Positions 28,435-38,241 of a stretch of 64,000 nucleotides of DNA are shown here, in pieces. The first letter of the stretch is position 1. Every line of letters begins with the position of its first letter. Both the position numbers and the translations under genes were made by a program. The DNA comes from an uncultured Thermus sp. (GTDB taxonomy: Bacteria > Deinococcota > Deinococci > Deinococcales > Thermaceae): contig CAMTVD010000013.1 in the NCBI GenBank assembly GCA_947085095.1, forward strand, positions 1 to 64,000, given 5' to 3'. The notes under the pieces are model-generated. The model saw nothing but the letters and a program-made list of their open reading frames with translations, had not been told where the DNA came from and did no database searches.

Positions 28435-29724
28435 GTGGCCCTCATAGAATCGCGCAACCAGGCGCTTTGGCAACTGCGGGAGCGGTTCGTGCCCAGGGGG
28501 GTGGCCCAGGCTCACCCCGTCTTCGTGGCCCGGGCCCAAGGGGCCCGCCTTTGGGACGTGGATGGCCGGGAATACCTGGACTTCGCCGGGGGCATCGGGG
28601 TTATGAACGTGGGCCATGGGCATCCCCGGGTCCTCCAGGCGGTGCGGGCCCAGCTGGAGCGTTTCACCCACGTCTCTTTCCAGGTAACCCCCTATGAGCC
28701 TTACGTGCGCCTGGCGGAGCGGTTGGCCCTTCTCGCCCCCGGGGATTTCGCCAAGAAGACCATCTTCCTCACCACGGGGGCCGAGGCGGTGGAGAATGCG
28801 GTGAAGATCGCCCGGGCCCACACGGGGAGGCCAGCGGTGGTGGCCCTCACCCACAGCTTCCACGGCCGCACCCTCCTGGGCATGTCCCTCACCGGCAAGG
28901 CCTCCTACTACAAGCAGAACTTCGGCCCCTTCGCCCCCGAGGTCTACCACGCCCCTGCCCCCTACCCCTACCGGGGGGTTTCCGATGGCCTGGCCCTGGA
29001 GGGCCTGGAGGAGCTTTTCCGCACCCAGGTGGACCCGGAGCGGGTGGCGGCCTTGATCCTGGAGCCCGTCCTGGGAGAGGGGGGGTTTATTCCCTTGTCG
29101 CCAGCGTACCTGGAAGAGGTGCGCCGGATCACCGCGGCCCACGGCATCCTCCTGGTGGCCGACGAGATCCAGTCTGGCTTCGGCCGCACGGGCAGGATGT
29201 GGGCCATTGAGCATAGCGGCGTAGTGCCGGATCTCCTCACCTTCGCCAAGAGCGTGGCCGCCGGGCTTCCCCTTTCGGGGGTGGTGGGGAGGGCTGAGGT
29301 CATGGACGCCCCCAAGCCTGGGGGCCTGGGGGGTACGTATGGGGGTAACCCCCTGGCCTGCGCCGCCGGGCTTGCGGTGCTGGAGGTGTTCGCGGAAGAA
29401 GGCTTGCTGGAGCGGGCCGAGGCCCTGGGCGGGGTCCTTTGGCGGGGGCTTGAGCGCCTAAGGGCCCGTTTCCCCCAGGTGGGGGAGGTGCGGGGCCTGG
29501 GACCCATGGTGGCCCTGGAGCTGGTGCGGGACCCGGGGAGCAAGGAGCCGGCCCCGGAGCTGACCCAAAGGGTTCTGGAGGCGGCGCGGGCCCGGGGCCT
29601 CATCCTGCTGAAGGCGGGCATGTTTGGGAACGTCCTGCGACTGCTGGTTCCTCTGGTGGCCTCCCCAGAGGAGGTGGAGGAGGGGCTTGGGCGGCTGGAG
29701 GCATCCTTGGAGGTGAGCCTATGA
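28435..29724 (+). CDS. gabT: 4-aminobutyrate aminotransferase-like protein
   Basis: [48 protein letters not shown]. Confidence 0.88.
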   Translation: MALIESRNQALWQLRERFVPRGVAQAHPVFVARAQGARLWDVDGREYLDFAGGIGVMNVGHGHPRVLQAVRAQLERFTHVSFQVTPYEPYVRLAERLALLAPGDFAKKTIFLTTGAEAVENAVKIARAHTGRPAVVALTHSFHGRTLLGMSLTGKASYYKQNFGPFAPEVYHAPAPYPYRGVSDGLALEGLEELFRTQVDPERVAALILEPVLGEGGFIPLSPAYLEEVRRITAAHGILLVADEIQSGFGRTGRMWAIEHSGVVPDLLTFAKSVAAGLPLSGVVGRAEVMDAPKPGGLGGTYGGNPLACAAGLAVLEVFAEEGLLERAEALGGVLWRGLERLRARFPQVGEVRGLGPMVALELVRDPGSKEPAPELTQRVLEAARARGLILLKAGMFGNVLRLLVPLVASPEEVEEGLGRLEASLEVSL

Positions 29725-31151
29725 ACCTTGAGCGGCGTATGTGGATAGCTGGCGAAGCGGTTTTGGGTGAGGGGGAGGTCCTGCCCGTTTACGACCCCAG
29801 CACCGGGCAGGTGGTGGCCGAGATCCCCGAGGCCAGCCCTGGACAGGTGCACGAGGCCGTGGAGGCAGCGGCGCGGGCCTTTCCCCAGTGGAGCCAGACC
29901 TCTCCCAAGGAGCGCTCCTACCTTCTCCTGGAGCTGGCCCGGCGCCTGGAGGAGGAGGCGGAGACCTTCGCCCGCCTCGAGGCCCTGGACGTGGGTAAGC
30001 CTTACCAGGCGGTTCTCAACGACGAGATCCCCGCCATCGTGGACACCCTCCGCTTCTTCGCTGGGGCCGCCCGGGTCCTTCCCGGCTCCGCCGTTGGCGA
30101 GTACCTCCCCGGCCACACCAGCATGATCCGCCGGGACCCGGTGGGGGTGGTGGCGGCCATCACCCCTTGGAACTACCCCTTGATGATGGCCGCTTGGAAG
30201 CTGGGTCCCCTGCTGGCTGCGGGCAACACCGGCGTCCTCAAGCCCTCGGAGATCACCCCCCTCACCACCCTGAGGCTGGCGACCCTGCTGGGGGAGATCT
30301 TCCCCAAGGGAGTGGTCAACGTGGTCTTTGGCCGGGGCCCCACCGTGGGCCAGGCCCTGATAACCCACCCCCGGGTGGAGATGATCTCCCTCACGGGCTC
30401 CGTGGTCACGGGGGAGAAGGTCCTCCAGGCGGCGGCAAGGGGGATCAAGCGCACCCATTTGGAGCTGGGGGGCAAGGCCCCGGTGATCGTCTTCCAGGAC
30501 GCCGACCTCGAGGCCGCCGCCGAGGCGGTGCGCTTCTTCGGCTTTTACAACGCCGGCCAGGACTGCACCGCCGCCTGCCGCGTCTACGTGGAGCGGGAGG
30601 TGTACGACACCTTCCTGGAACTCCTCTCGCAAAAGATCCGGGCCATCCGGGTGGGCCCCGCCTTCCAGGAGGGGGTGGAGATGGGGCCCCTGGTCTCCAG
30701 GGAGCACCGGGAGCGGGTGCACGGGTACGTGACCCGGGCCTTGGCCGCGGGGCACATTGAGGCGGTGGTGGGGGGTAGGCCCATGGAGGGGTCGGGGTTC
30801 TTCTATGAGCCCACCCTCCTCGCCCACGCCCGGCAGGACGACGAGATCGTGCGCCAGGAGGTCTTCGGCCCCGTGGTCTCGGTGACCCCCTTTTCCGGGG
30901 TGGAGGAGGCCGTCCTCCTGGCCAACGACTCGGACTACGGGCTGGCCTCCAGCGTCTTCACCCGGGACGTGGGCAGGGCCATGCAGGTGGCCGCCCGCCT
31001 TCGCTACGGCACCACCTGGGTCAACACCCACTTCATGCTGGTCAACGAGATGCCCCACGGGGGCTTGAGAAAGTCCGGCTACGGCAAGGACATGAGCCTC
31101 TACGCCCTGGAGGACTACACCGTGGTCCGCCACGTGATGGTGAGGTGGTGA
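29721..31151 (+). CDS. Gamma-aminobutyraldehyde dehydrogenase (PatD/Prr-like)
   Basis: [54 protein letters not shown]. Confidence 0.87.
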   Translation: MNLERRMWIAGEAVLGEGEVLPVYDPSTGQVVAEIPEASPGQVHEAVEAAARAFPQWSQTSPKERSYLLLELARRLEEEAETFARLEALDVGKPYQAVLNDEIPAIVDTLRFFAGAARVLPGSAVGEYLPGHTSMIRRDPVGVVAAITPWNYPLMMAAWKLGPLLAAGNTGVLKPSEITPLTTLRLATLLGEIFPKGVVNVVFGRGPTVGQALITHPRVEMISLTGSVVTGEKVLQAAARGIKRTHLELGGKAPVIVFQDADLEAAAEAVRFFGFYNAGQDCTAACRVYVEREVYDTFLELLSQKIRAIRVGPAFQEGVEMGPLVSREHRERVHGYVTRALAAGHIEAVVGGRPMEGSGFFYEPTLLAHARQDDEIVRQEVFGPVVSVTPFSGVEEAVLLANDSDYGLASSVFTRDVGRAMQVAARLRYGTTWVNTHFMLVNEMPHGGLRKSGYGKDMSLYALEDYTVVRHVMVRW

Positions 31152-31154
31152 GGC

Positions 31155-32504
31155 GTGGACCGGGATAGGGTGGAGCGCCTTTTCGCCGAGGAACGGGAGC
31201 GCTACGCCGCCCAGCGCCCCCGTTCCCGGGCCCTGGCGGAGCGGGCTCTTGGCCACCTGCCCGCTGGGGTGCCCATGCCCTGGATGACCCGGTATGCGGG
31301 GCCCTTTCCCCTGTTCCTGGCCTATGCGGAAGGGGCCTGGGTGTACGACGTGGACGGGCATGTCTACGCGGACTTCGCCCTGGGGGACACGGGGGCCATG
31401 ACCGGCCACAGCCCCAAGGAGGTGGTGCCCGAGCTTCAGGCCCAGCTGGCCCACGGCCTCACCGCCATGCTCCCCACGGAGGACGGCCTGTGGGTGGCCG
31501 AGGAGCTTTCCCGCCGCTTTGGTTTGCCCTTTTGGCAGTTCACCCTTTCCGCCACCGATGCCAACCGCTTCGCCCTGCGCATCGCCCGGGCGGTGACGGG
31601 GAGGCCCAAGGTCCTGGTCTTCCACGGGTGCTACCACGGCACCGTGGACGAGGCCTTTGTGGCCCTGGAGGGGGAGACGCCCCGGAGCCGCCGAGGCAAC
31701 CTGGGCCCACCGGTGGACCCCCTCCTCACCACCAGGGTGGTGGAGTGGAACGACCTCGATGCCGTGGAAAAGGCCTTGGCCGAGGAGGATGTGGCCGCGG
31801 TGCTCACGGAGCCGGTCCTGACCAACGTGGGCATCGTCCATCCCCTTCCGGGCTTCCTGGAGGGGCTTCGCGCCCTTACCCGGGCCTATGGGACCCTCCT
31901 TATCCTGGACGAGACCCACACCCTCTCTGCGGGGCCTGGGGGGTGCACCCGGCGCTTTGGCTTAGAGCCCGACATGGTTACCCTGGGCAAGGCCTTAGGG
32001 GGTGGGGTGCCCATCGGGGCTTACGGCCTTTCCCGGGAAGTGGCCGAGGCCTACGCCGCCTTGCTGGCTGGCCCCCACGCCGACACCGCTGGGGTGGGGG
32101 GAACCTTGGCCGCCAACGCCTTTTCCCTGAGGGCGGCCCGGCTCATCCTGGAGCGGGTGCTCACCGAGCCCAAGTTTGCCCACATGGAAGCCATGGGGGA
32201 GCGTTTTGAGAAGGGGGCGCAGGGGGTTTTTGCCCGCCACGGCCTCCCCTGGCACGTGACCCGCCTGGGGGGACGGGTGGAGTACCTCTTCCGCCCCGAT
32301 CCTGCCAGGAACGGCACCGAGGCCATGGCGGGCCAGGACTCCCTTTTGGACCCCTTCATCCACCTCTTTCTCCTGAACCGGGGGGTGCTCCTCACCCCCT
32401 TCCACAACATGGCCCTCATGAGCCCGGCCACCACGCCGGAGATGGTAGACAGGCACACGGAGCTTCTGGAGGAGGCGGTGCGCACCATGCTGGGGGTAGG
32501 ATGA
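31155..32504 (+). CDS. Class III aminotransferase (GSA-aminomutase-like subgroup)
   Basis: DFALGDTG, SATDANR, YHG, LDETHT, GKALGGG; substrate unknown. Confidence 0.85.
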   Translation: MDRDRVERLFAEERERYAAQRPRSRALAERALGHLPAGVPMPWMTRYAGPFPLFLAYAEGAWVYDVDGHVYADFALGDTGAMTGHSPKEVVPELQAQLAHGLTAMLPTEDGLWVAEELSRRFGLPFWQFTLSATDANRFALRIARAVTGRPKVLVFHGCYHGTVDEAFVALEGETPRSRRGNLGPPVDPLLTTRVVEWNDLDAVEKALAEEDVAAVLTEPVLTNVGIVHPLPGFLEGLRALTRAYGTLLILDETHTLSAGPGGCTRRFGLEPDMVTLGKALGGGVPIGAYGLSREVAEAYAALLAGPHADTAGVGGTLAANAFSLRAARLILERVLTEPKFAHMEAMGERFEKGAQGVFARHGLPWHVTRLGGRVEYLFRPDPARNGTEAMAGQDSLLDPFIHLFLLNRGVLLTPFHNMALMSPATTPEMVDRHTELLEEAVRTMLGVG

Positions 32505-33535
32505 CCTCCAAGGTGGGGGAGCTAAAGGGGACGGGGCTGGTCCTCGAGGCCCTGCGCAAGCGCTTCGGGGAGCAGGAGGTGCTGAAAGGGGTTTCCCTGG
32601 AGGTGCGCCCGGGGGAGTTCTTCACCCTGCTGGGGCCTTCCGGGTGCGGCAAGACCACCCTCCTGCGCATCGTGGGGGGGTTTGAGGTGCCCGATGAGGG
32701 CAGGGTGGTGCTCAAGGGCCAGGACCTCACGCCCCTTCCCGCCCACCGGCGGCCGGTGAACACGGTTTTTCAGAACTACGCCCTCTTCCCCCACCTCACC
32801 GTCTACGAGAACGTGGCCTTTGGCCTCCGTAGCCGCCGCTTTCCCGAGGCGGAGGTGCGGGCCCGGGTGGGGTACGCCCTGGGGCTTTTGCGGCTGGAAA
32901 ACCTGCTCCACCGCTATCCCCACCAGCTCTCCGGGGGGCAGAAGCAGCGGGTGGCCCTGGCCCGGGCCTTGGTCAACGAGCCCGAGGTTCTGCTTCTGGA
33001 CGAGCCCATGAGCGCCCTGGACGCCAAGCTCCGGGCTGAGGTGCAGGTGGAGCTTCGCAACCTGCAAAGGCGGCTTGGGGCCACCTTCATCCTGGTCACC
33101 CACGACCAGGAGGAGGCCATGGCCGTTTCCGACCGCATCGGGGTAATGGAGGCGGGGACCCTCCTGCAGGTGGGCACCCCGGAGGAGGTGTACGAGCGGC
33201 CCCGCACCCGGTTCGTGGCGGAGTTTTTGGGCGTGGCCAACCTGATCCCCGCCCGCCGGGTGGGGGAGGGGGTGGAGACCCCTTTCGGCTTCTTCCCCTT
33301 GAGGGCGCCCTGGGCGGAGGGGTTTCTCGCCCTGCGCCCGGAGAGGGTGGAGGTTTTCCGGGGAGCTGTTCCCGGAAGTTTCGTGGCCCGGGTGCGGGAG
33401 GTGGTCTACCGGGGGGCTTACCTGGAGGCCTTCCTGGAGCCCCCGCTTCGCCTTCGGACCGCGCTCCGGCTGGCGCCCGGGGAGGAGGTCTTCGTGCGGA
33501 TTCCCGTGGAGGGGCTGGTGGTGTTGGATGGCTAG
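32501..33535 (+). CDS. potA: Polyamine ABC transporter ATP-binding protein
   Basis: GPSGCGKT, VNTVFQNYALFPH, LSGGQ, THDQEEA. Confidence 0.9.
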   Translation: MTSKVGELKGTGLVLEALRKRFGEQEVLKGVSLEVRPGEFFTLLGPSGCGKTTLLRIVGGFEVPDEGRVVLKGQDLTPLPAHRRPVNTVFQNYALFPHLTVYENVAFGLRSRRFPEAEVRARVGYALGLLRLENLLHRYPHQLSGGQKQRVALARALVNEPEVLLLDEPMSALDAKLRAEVQVELRNLQRRLGATFILVTHDQEEAMAVSDRIGVMEAGTLLQVGTPEEVYERPRTRFVAEFLGVANLIPARRVGEGVETPFGFFPLRAPWAEGFLALRPERVEVFRGAVPGSFVARVREVVYRGAYLEAFLEPPLRLRTALRLAPGEEVFVRIPVEGLVVLDG

Positions 33536-34433
33536 ACTCCTGGTCTGGTACGGGGAGCTCACCACTGGGTCCAGTCTGGCGCGCCGGGGACTTCTCCTTC
33601 TCCTTCCCGGGCTGGCGTGGCTTCTGGCCTTCCTCCTCCTGCCGGGCCTCCTCCTCATCCCCCTCTCCTTCGCCGAGCGGGGGGCTTTTGGCGAGGTGGT
33701 CTGGACCTTCAGCCTGGAGAACTACCACCGGCTTCTGGGCTTTGGGATTTTGGGCTTCAGCCTGGACAACCTCATGGCCCTCCTCCGCACCCTTTGGGTG
33801 GCCTTCTGGACCACGCTGATCTGCGTGCTCCTGGCCTACCCCATCGCCTTCTTCATCCGTGCGCAACCGGCTGGCCGCCGCTACCTCTTCCTGTCCCTGG
33901 TCATCATCCCTTTCTGGACTAACCTGGTGATCCGCACCTACGCCTGGCAGCTCCTCCTGGCCCCCGAGATGCCCCTGGCCCGCTTCCTGGCCGCCTTGGG
34001 TCTAGCGGAGCCGGGCATGGCCCTCTTCCCCAGCGCCTTCGCCGTGTATGTGGGCATGGTGAGCGCCTTTTTGCCCTTCATGGTCCTTCCCCTTTACTCC
34101 AGCGTGGAGCGCTTGGACCAGAGCCTGGTGGAGGCGGTGCAAGACCTCTACGGCAGCCCCTGGCGCACCTTTGTCCACGGCGTTTTGCCCCAGACCCTAC
34201 CCGGCCTCACCGTGGGGGTGATCCTCACCTTTATCCCGGCCATGGGCATGTTCCTGGTTCCCGACCTCTTGGGCGGGGCCAAGTACCTTTTGGTGGGCAA
34301 CCTGATCCAGCAGGCCTTCTACACCATGCGGGACTGGCCCTATGGGGCGGCGTTGAGCCTGGTCCTCATCCTGCTCACCCTCCTGGCCTTGCGCCTTTAC
34401 CGCCGCTATGGGAAGGAGGTGAGCCTGGCGTGA
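33528..34433 (+). CDS. potB: Polyamine ABC transporter permease
   Basis: IPFWTNLVIRTYAW, LPFMVLPLY, RDWPYGAA. Confidence 0.9.
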   Translation: MARLLVWYGELTTGSSLARRGLLLLLPGLAWLLAFLLLPGLLLIPLSFAERGAFGEVVWTFSLENYHRLLGFGILGFSLDNLMALLRTLWVAFWTTLICVLLAYPIAFFIRAQPAGRRYLFLSLVIIPFWTNLVIRTYAWQLLLAPEMPLARFLAALGLAEPGMALFPSAFAVYVGMVSAFLPFMVLPLYSSVERLDQSLVEAVQDLYGSPWRTFVHGVLPQTLPGLTVGVILTFIPAMGMFLVPDLLGGAKYLLVGNLIQQAFYTMRDWPYGAALSLVLILLTLLALRLYRRYGKEVSLA

Positions 34434-35221
34434 AGGCCTCCCTCTGGGTGCGGGCGGTGGCCTTGGCCTCCTTGGCCTTCTTGTACCTGCCCATGCTGGC
34501 GGTGGCCCTCTTTTCCTTCAACAAGACCCGCCACGGCCTCTCTTGGGGAGGCTTTACCCTGGACTGGTACCTGAGGCTTTTTCAAAACGAGGCCATCCTC
34601 GAGGCCACCCGCAACACCTTCCTGCTGGCCATCTTCTCCACCCTGCTGGCCACCTTCCTGGGCACCCTGTTCGCCTTGGGGATGGAGCGCCATCCCTGGG
34701 GCCGGGGTTTTCGCACGTATTTGGAGAACGTTCTCTACCTGCCCGTGGTGACCCCCGACCTGATCCTGGCCGCCGCCTTGGTGGTGGCTTTTGGCTTCCT
34801 TAGGGCGGTCTCCGGCCTCTTTGAGCCGGGGCTGCTCACCATGGTGATCGGGCACGTCACCTTCCAGGTGGCCTTCGTGGCCCTGGTGGTGGGAAGCCGC
34901 CTGCGGAGCCTGCCCCGGGAGCTGGACGAGGCGGCCCGGGACCTGTACGCCACCTACCCCGTGTACTTGAGGCGGGTGCTTTTGCCTCTCCTTCTTCCCG
35001 GCATCGTGGCCGGGGCCATGCTAGCCTTCACCCTCTCCCTGGACGACTTCGTCATCAGCTTCTTCACCGCTGGCCCCACCAGCCAGACCCTGCCCCTCAT
35101 CATCTACGCTTCCACCCGTCGGGGCATCACCCCGGAGATCCACGCGGTTTCCACCCTGCTCTTCCTCTTCACGGTGCTTTTGGTCTTGGGCGCGGAGCGC
35201 TTGACAAGGAGGTCGGCATGA
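34430..35221 (+). CDS. potC: Polyamine ABC transporter permease
   Basis: FLYLP, FSFN, EAARDL, FTLSLDDF. Confidence 0.9.
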   Translation: MKASLWVRAVALASLAFLYLPMLAVALFSFNKTRHGLSWGGFTLDWYLRLFQNEAILEATRNTFLLAIFSTLLATFLGTLFALGMERHPWGRGFRTYLENVLYLPVVTPDLILAAALVVAFGFLRAVSGLFEPGLLTMVIGHVTFQVAFVALVVGSRLRSLPRELDEAARDLYATYPVYLRRVLLPLLLPGIVAGAMLAFTLSLDDFVISFFTAGPTSQTLPLIIYASTRRGITPEIHAVSTLLFLFTVLLVLGAERLTRRSA

Positions 35222-36240
35222 AAAGGATTTTGGCGGCGTTGATGGTTCTTCTGGCCCTGGGCTTGGCCCAGAAGGAACTGCGGCTTTTCATCTGGTCGGA
35301 GTACATGGACCCCGCCATCCTCGAGGCCTTCAGCAAACAGACGGGCCTCAGGGTGCGGGTGGACCTGTACGAGTCCAACGAGGAGCTGATCGCCAAGCTG
35401 CAGGCGGGCGGGGTGGGGCAGTACGACCTCATCTTCCCCTCGGACTTCTACGTGCCCTCCATCATCCAGCTGAAGCTGGTCCAGCCCCTGGACCACAGCA
35501 AGATCCCCAACCTGAAGAACCTGGACGACAAGTTCAAAAACCCCCCCTTTGACCCCGGAAACCGCTACTCCGCCGCCTACCAGTGGGGCACCACCGGGCT
35601 CATCTACCGCAAGGACCGGGTGCCGGAGCCCAAAAGCTGGGCGGTCCTCTTCAAGGAGCCCAAGGCCCCCTTTATCCTCATGGACTCCACCCGGGAGATG
35701 CTGGGCAACGTCCTCAAGTACCTGGGCTACTCGGTGAACACCAAAAACCCCAAGGAGGTGCAGCAAGCGGGGCAGGTGCTCCTGCAGGCCAAGCGGAGCC
35801 GCTACTTCCTGGGGTTTGAGGGTGGGGTGGGGGGCAAGAACCGGGTGGTGGCGGGGGCCGCCACCTACGCCGTGGTCTACAACGGGGACGCGGTCAAGGC
35901 GGCGGACGAGAACCCGGGCAAGGTGGCCTTCACCATCCCCCAGGAAGGGGCCACCCTGTGGGTGGACTCCATGATGATCCCCGCCAAAGCCCCTAACCCC
36001 GAAGGGGCCCACCGCTTCATCAACTTCATCCTGGACCCCAAGGTGGGGGCGCAGCTTTCCAACTTCAACCGCTACGCCACCCCCAACAAGGCGGCCCTGC
36101 CCCACATCAACCCCGCGGACCGCAAAAACCCCGCCATCTACCCCTCGGCCGAACTCATGAAGCGCTTGGAGTTTATCCTGGACCTGGGCAGGGACAACCG
36201 CATCTACGACGAGGTCTGGACCGCGGTGAAGAGTAGGTAA
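35218..36240 (+). CDS. potD: Polyamine ABC transporter substrate-binding protein
   Basis: WSEYM, YESNE, PSDFY, WGTTG, YNGDA, WVDSM. Confidence 0.9.
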   Translation: MKRILAALMVLLALGLAQKELRLFIWSEYMDPAILEAFSKQTGLRVRVDLYESNEELIAKLQAGGVGQYDLIFPSDFYVPSIIQLKLVQPLDHSKIPNLKNLDDKFKNPPFDPGNRYSAAYQWGTTGLIYRKDRVPEPKSWAVLFKEPKAPFILMDSTREMLGNVLKYLGYSVNTKNPKEVQQAGQVLLQAKRSRYFLGFEGGVGGKNRVVAGAATYAVVYNGDAVKAADENPGKVAFTIPQEGATLWVDSMMIPAKAPNPEGAHRFINFILDPKVGAQLSNFNRYATPNKAALPHINPADRKNPAIYPSAELMKRLEFILDLGRDNRIYDEVWTAVKSR

Positions 36241-36245
36241 AGGCC

Positions 36246-37589
36246 ATGGGGTACATCCAGCTAAAGACCCCCATCCCCGGTCCCAGGAGCCGGGCCCTGC
36301 AGGAGAGGCGCTCCCAGGCGGTCACCCGTGCCCTGGCCCAGGCCAACCCCGTCGCCGTGGCCAGGGCCCACGGGGCCCTGGTGGAGGATGTGGACGGCAA
36401 TGTGCTCATTGACCTGGCGGGGGGGATCGGGGCTTTGGCCGTGGGCCACACCCCTGAGACGGTGGTGGCGGCCATCAAGGACCAGGCGGAGCGCCTCGTC
36501 CACATGTGCGCCATCGTGGCCAACTACGAGCCCTACGTGGCCCTGGCCGAGGCCTTGAACCGCCTCTTTCCCGGGCCCGGCCCCGCCAAGACCCTTCTCG
36601 CCAACGGCGGAGCCGAGGCCGTGGAAAACGCCGTCAAGCTGGCCCGGGCTTACACGGGCAGGGCGGCGGTGATGGTCTTTGAGGGGGCCTACCACGGGCG
36701 CACCAACCTCACCATGGCCATGACCTCCAAGTACGCCCTCTTCAAGAAGGGGTTTGGCCCCTTCGCTCCCGAGGTCTACCGCCTGCCCGTGCCCAACCTC
36801 TACCGCACCCCGAGGGGCATGACCGAGGAGGAGTACCTGGACTGGTCCCTTTGGAACCTGGAGAACGCCCTCATCGCCCACATTGATGGGAGCGCCCTGG
36901 CGGCCATCGTCATTGAGCCGGTTTTGGGTGAGGGGGGCTTCCTCCCCGTTCCCTTCGCATTTTTGCGCAAGCTCCGGGAGATCGCCGACCGCACCGGGGC
37001 CCTCCTGGTGGCGGACGAGGTGCAGTCGGGCTCGGGGCGCACGGGAAGGATGTGGGCCATTGAGCATAGCGGGGTGGTGCCGGACCTCCTGGTGTCCGCC
37101 AAGAGCCTGGGGGCGGGGATGCCCATCAGCGCCGTGACGGGCAGGGCGGAGGTCATGGACGCCCCCCACGTGGGCGGGGTGGGGAGCACCTACGGGGGGA
37201 ATCCCCTGGCGGCGGTGGCGGCCCTCGAGGCCCTTAAAATCCTGGAATCCCCCGGCTTCCTGGACCGGGCCAAGGCCATAGAGGCCAAGGTGCGGGAGAT
37301 CTTTGAGCCCCTGAAGGCCCAGGTCCCGGCCTTGGGGGACGTGCGGGGAATGGGGGCCATGATGGCCCTGGAGTTCGTCAAGGACCCCAAGACCAAGGAG
37401 CCCTGGCCCGAGTTCGTCCTGGAGCTGGTGCGGAAGAACGCCGAAAAGGGGGTGATCACCATCCGCGCGGGCCTCTACTCCAACGCCCTCCGCTTCCTCC
37501 CCCCCTTGGACATCCCCTTGGACATGCTGGAGGAAGCCTTGCGTGTGGTGCGGGAGAACATCCGGGAGGTGTATGCGGCCCTTGCCTGA
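36246..37589 (+). CDS. Second GabT-like class III aminotransferase
   Basis: [39 protein letters not shown]. Confidence 0.88.
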   Translation: MGYIQLKTPIPGPRSRALQERRSQAVTRALAQANPVAVARAHGALVEDVDGNVLIDLAGGIGALAVGHTPETVVAAIKDQAERLVHMCAIVANYEPYVALAEALNRLFPGPGPAKTLLANGGAEAVENAVKLARAYTGRAAVMVFEGAYHGRTNLTMAMTSKYALFKKGFGPFAPEVYRLPVPNLYRTPRGMTEEEYLDWSLWNLENALIAHIDGSALAAIVIEPVLGEGGFLPVPFAFLRKLREIADRTGALLVADEVQSGSGRTGRMWAIEHSGVVPDLLVSAKSLGAGMPISAVTGRAEVMDAPHVGGVGSTYGGNPLAAVAALEALKILESPGFLDRAKAIEAKVREIFEPLKAQVPALGDVRGMGAMMALEFVKDPKTKEPWPEFVLELVRKNAEKGVITIRAGLYSNALRFLPPLDIPLDMLEEALRVVRENIREVYAALA

Positions 37590-38241
37590 ACCCCTTCTCT
37601 TATCCGAGGACGGGCGCTTCGCCGTGGTGCGCTCCGAGCCCTGGATGGCGGAGGCCCTGGAAGAGATCCAGGAGAAGAGCTTCCCCACCCTCTCCCGGGA
37701 GGAGCGCATGACCCGGGAGCACTACCTCTCCCACATGAGGGTCTTCCCGGAAGGGCAGCACGCGGTGGTGGAGCTGGCCACGGGCAGGGTGGTGGCCTGC
37801 TCCACGGATTTCCGCACCCGGGTGGACTTCCACCACTACCAGCACCGCTATATAGAGGCGGTGGCGGAGAACTGGCTCACCAACCACGACCCGGAGGGGG
37901 ACTGGCTTTACGGGGCGGACATCGGCGTTCTGCCGGAGTACCGGGGCCTCGGGCTTTCCAAGCTCCTCTACCAGGTGCGGCAGGACCTGGTGCGCCGCCT
38001 GGGGCTCAAGGGTCACGTGGCGGGGAGCATGCCCAAGGGCTACCACCTCTATGCCCAGGAGATGCCCATTGAGGAGTACGTGCACCGGGTGGTCCGGGGG
38101 GAGCTCAGCGACCCCGTCCTCACGGTGCAGCTTAAGCGGGGCTATCGGGTCTACGGCATCATCCCCGAGTACCTCAAAGACCCCTCCTGCCTGGACTACG
38201 GGGTCTTCGTGGTCTGGCGGAACCCGGAGGTGGGCTGGTGA
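37573..38241 (+). CDS. GNAT-family acetyltransferase-like protein
   Basis: FPEGQ, LYGADIGVLPEYRGLGLSKLLY acetyl-CoA motif, DPVL; ATG after GGAGG. Confidence 0.8.
   Translation: MRPLPEPLLLSEDGRFAVVRSEPWMAEALEEIQEKSFPTLSREERMTREHYLSHMRVFPEGQHAVVELATGRVVACSTDFRTRVDFHHYQHRYIEAVAENWLTNHDPEGDWLYGADIGVLPEYRGLGLSKLLYQVRQDLVRRLGLKGHVAGSMPKGYHLYAQEMPIEEYVHRVVRGELSDPVLTVQLKRGYRVYGIIPEYLKDPSCLDYGVFVVWRNPEVGW

Noticed and set aside
28968..31919. 983-aa minus-strand ORF and many other long antisense or off-frame ORFs (e.g. 12161-13504, 19895-21367, 39478-41079, 59235-60899)
   Set aside because: They shadow well-supported genes, lack motifs and are expected from GC3-rich codon usage, which removes stops from other frames.
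31155..32504. hemL (GSA aminomutase) call
   Set aside because: Lacks the typical GGVNSPVRAF and NSGTEA motifs and is embedded in an amine catabolic operon.
29185..37084. 26-nt identity (AGGATGTGGGCCATTGAGCATAGCGG) between the two gabT-like genes, suggesting gene conversion
   Set aside because: Lies in a conserved PLP-binding region, includes invariant Met/Trp codons, and ATT-GAG is explained by TCGA avoidance; too short to support the claim.
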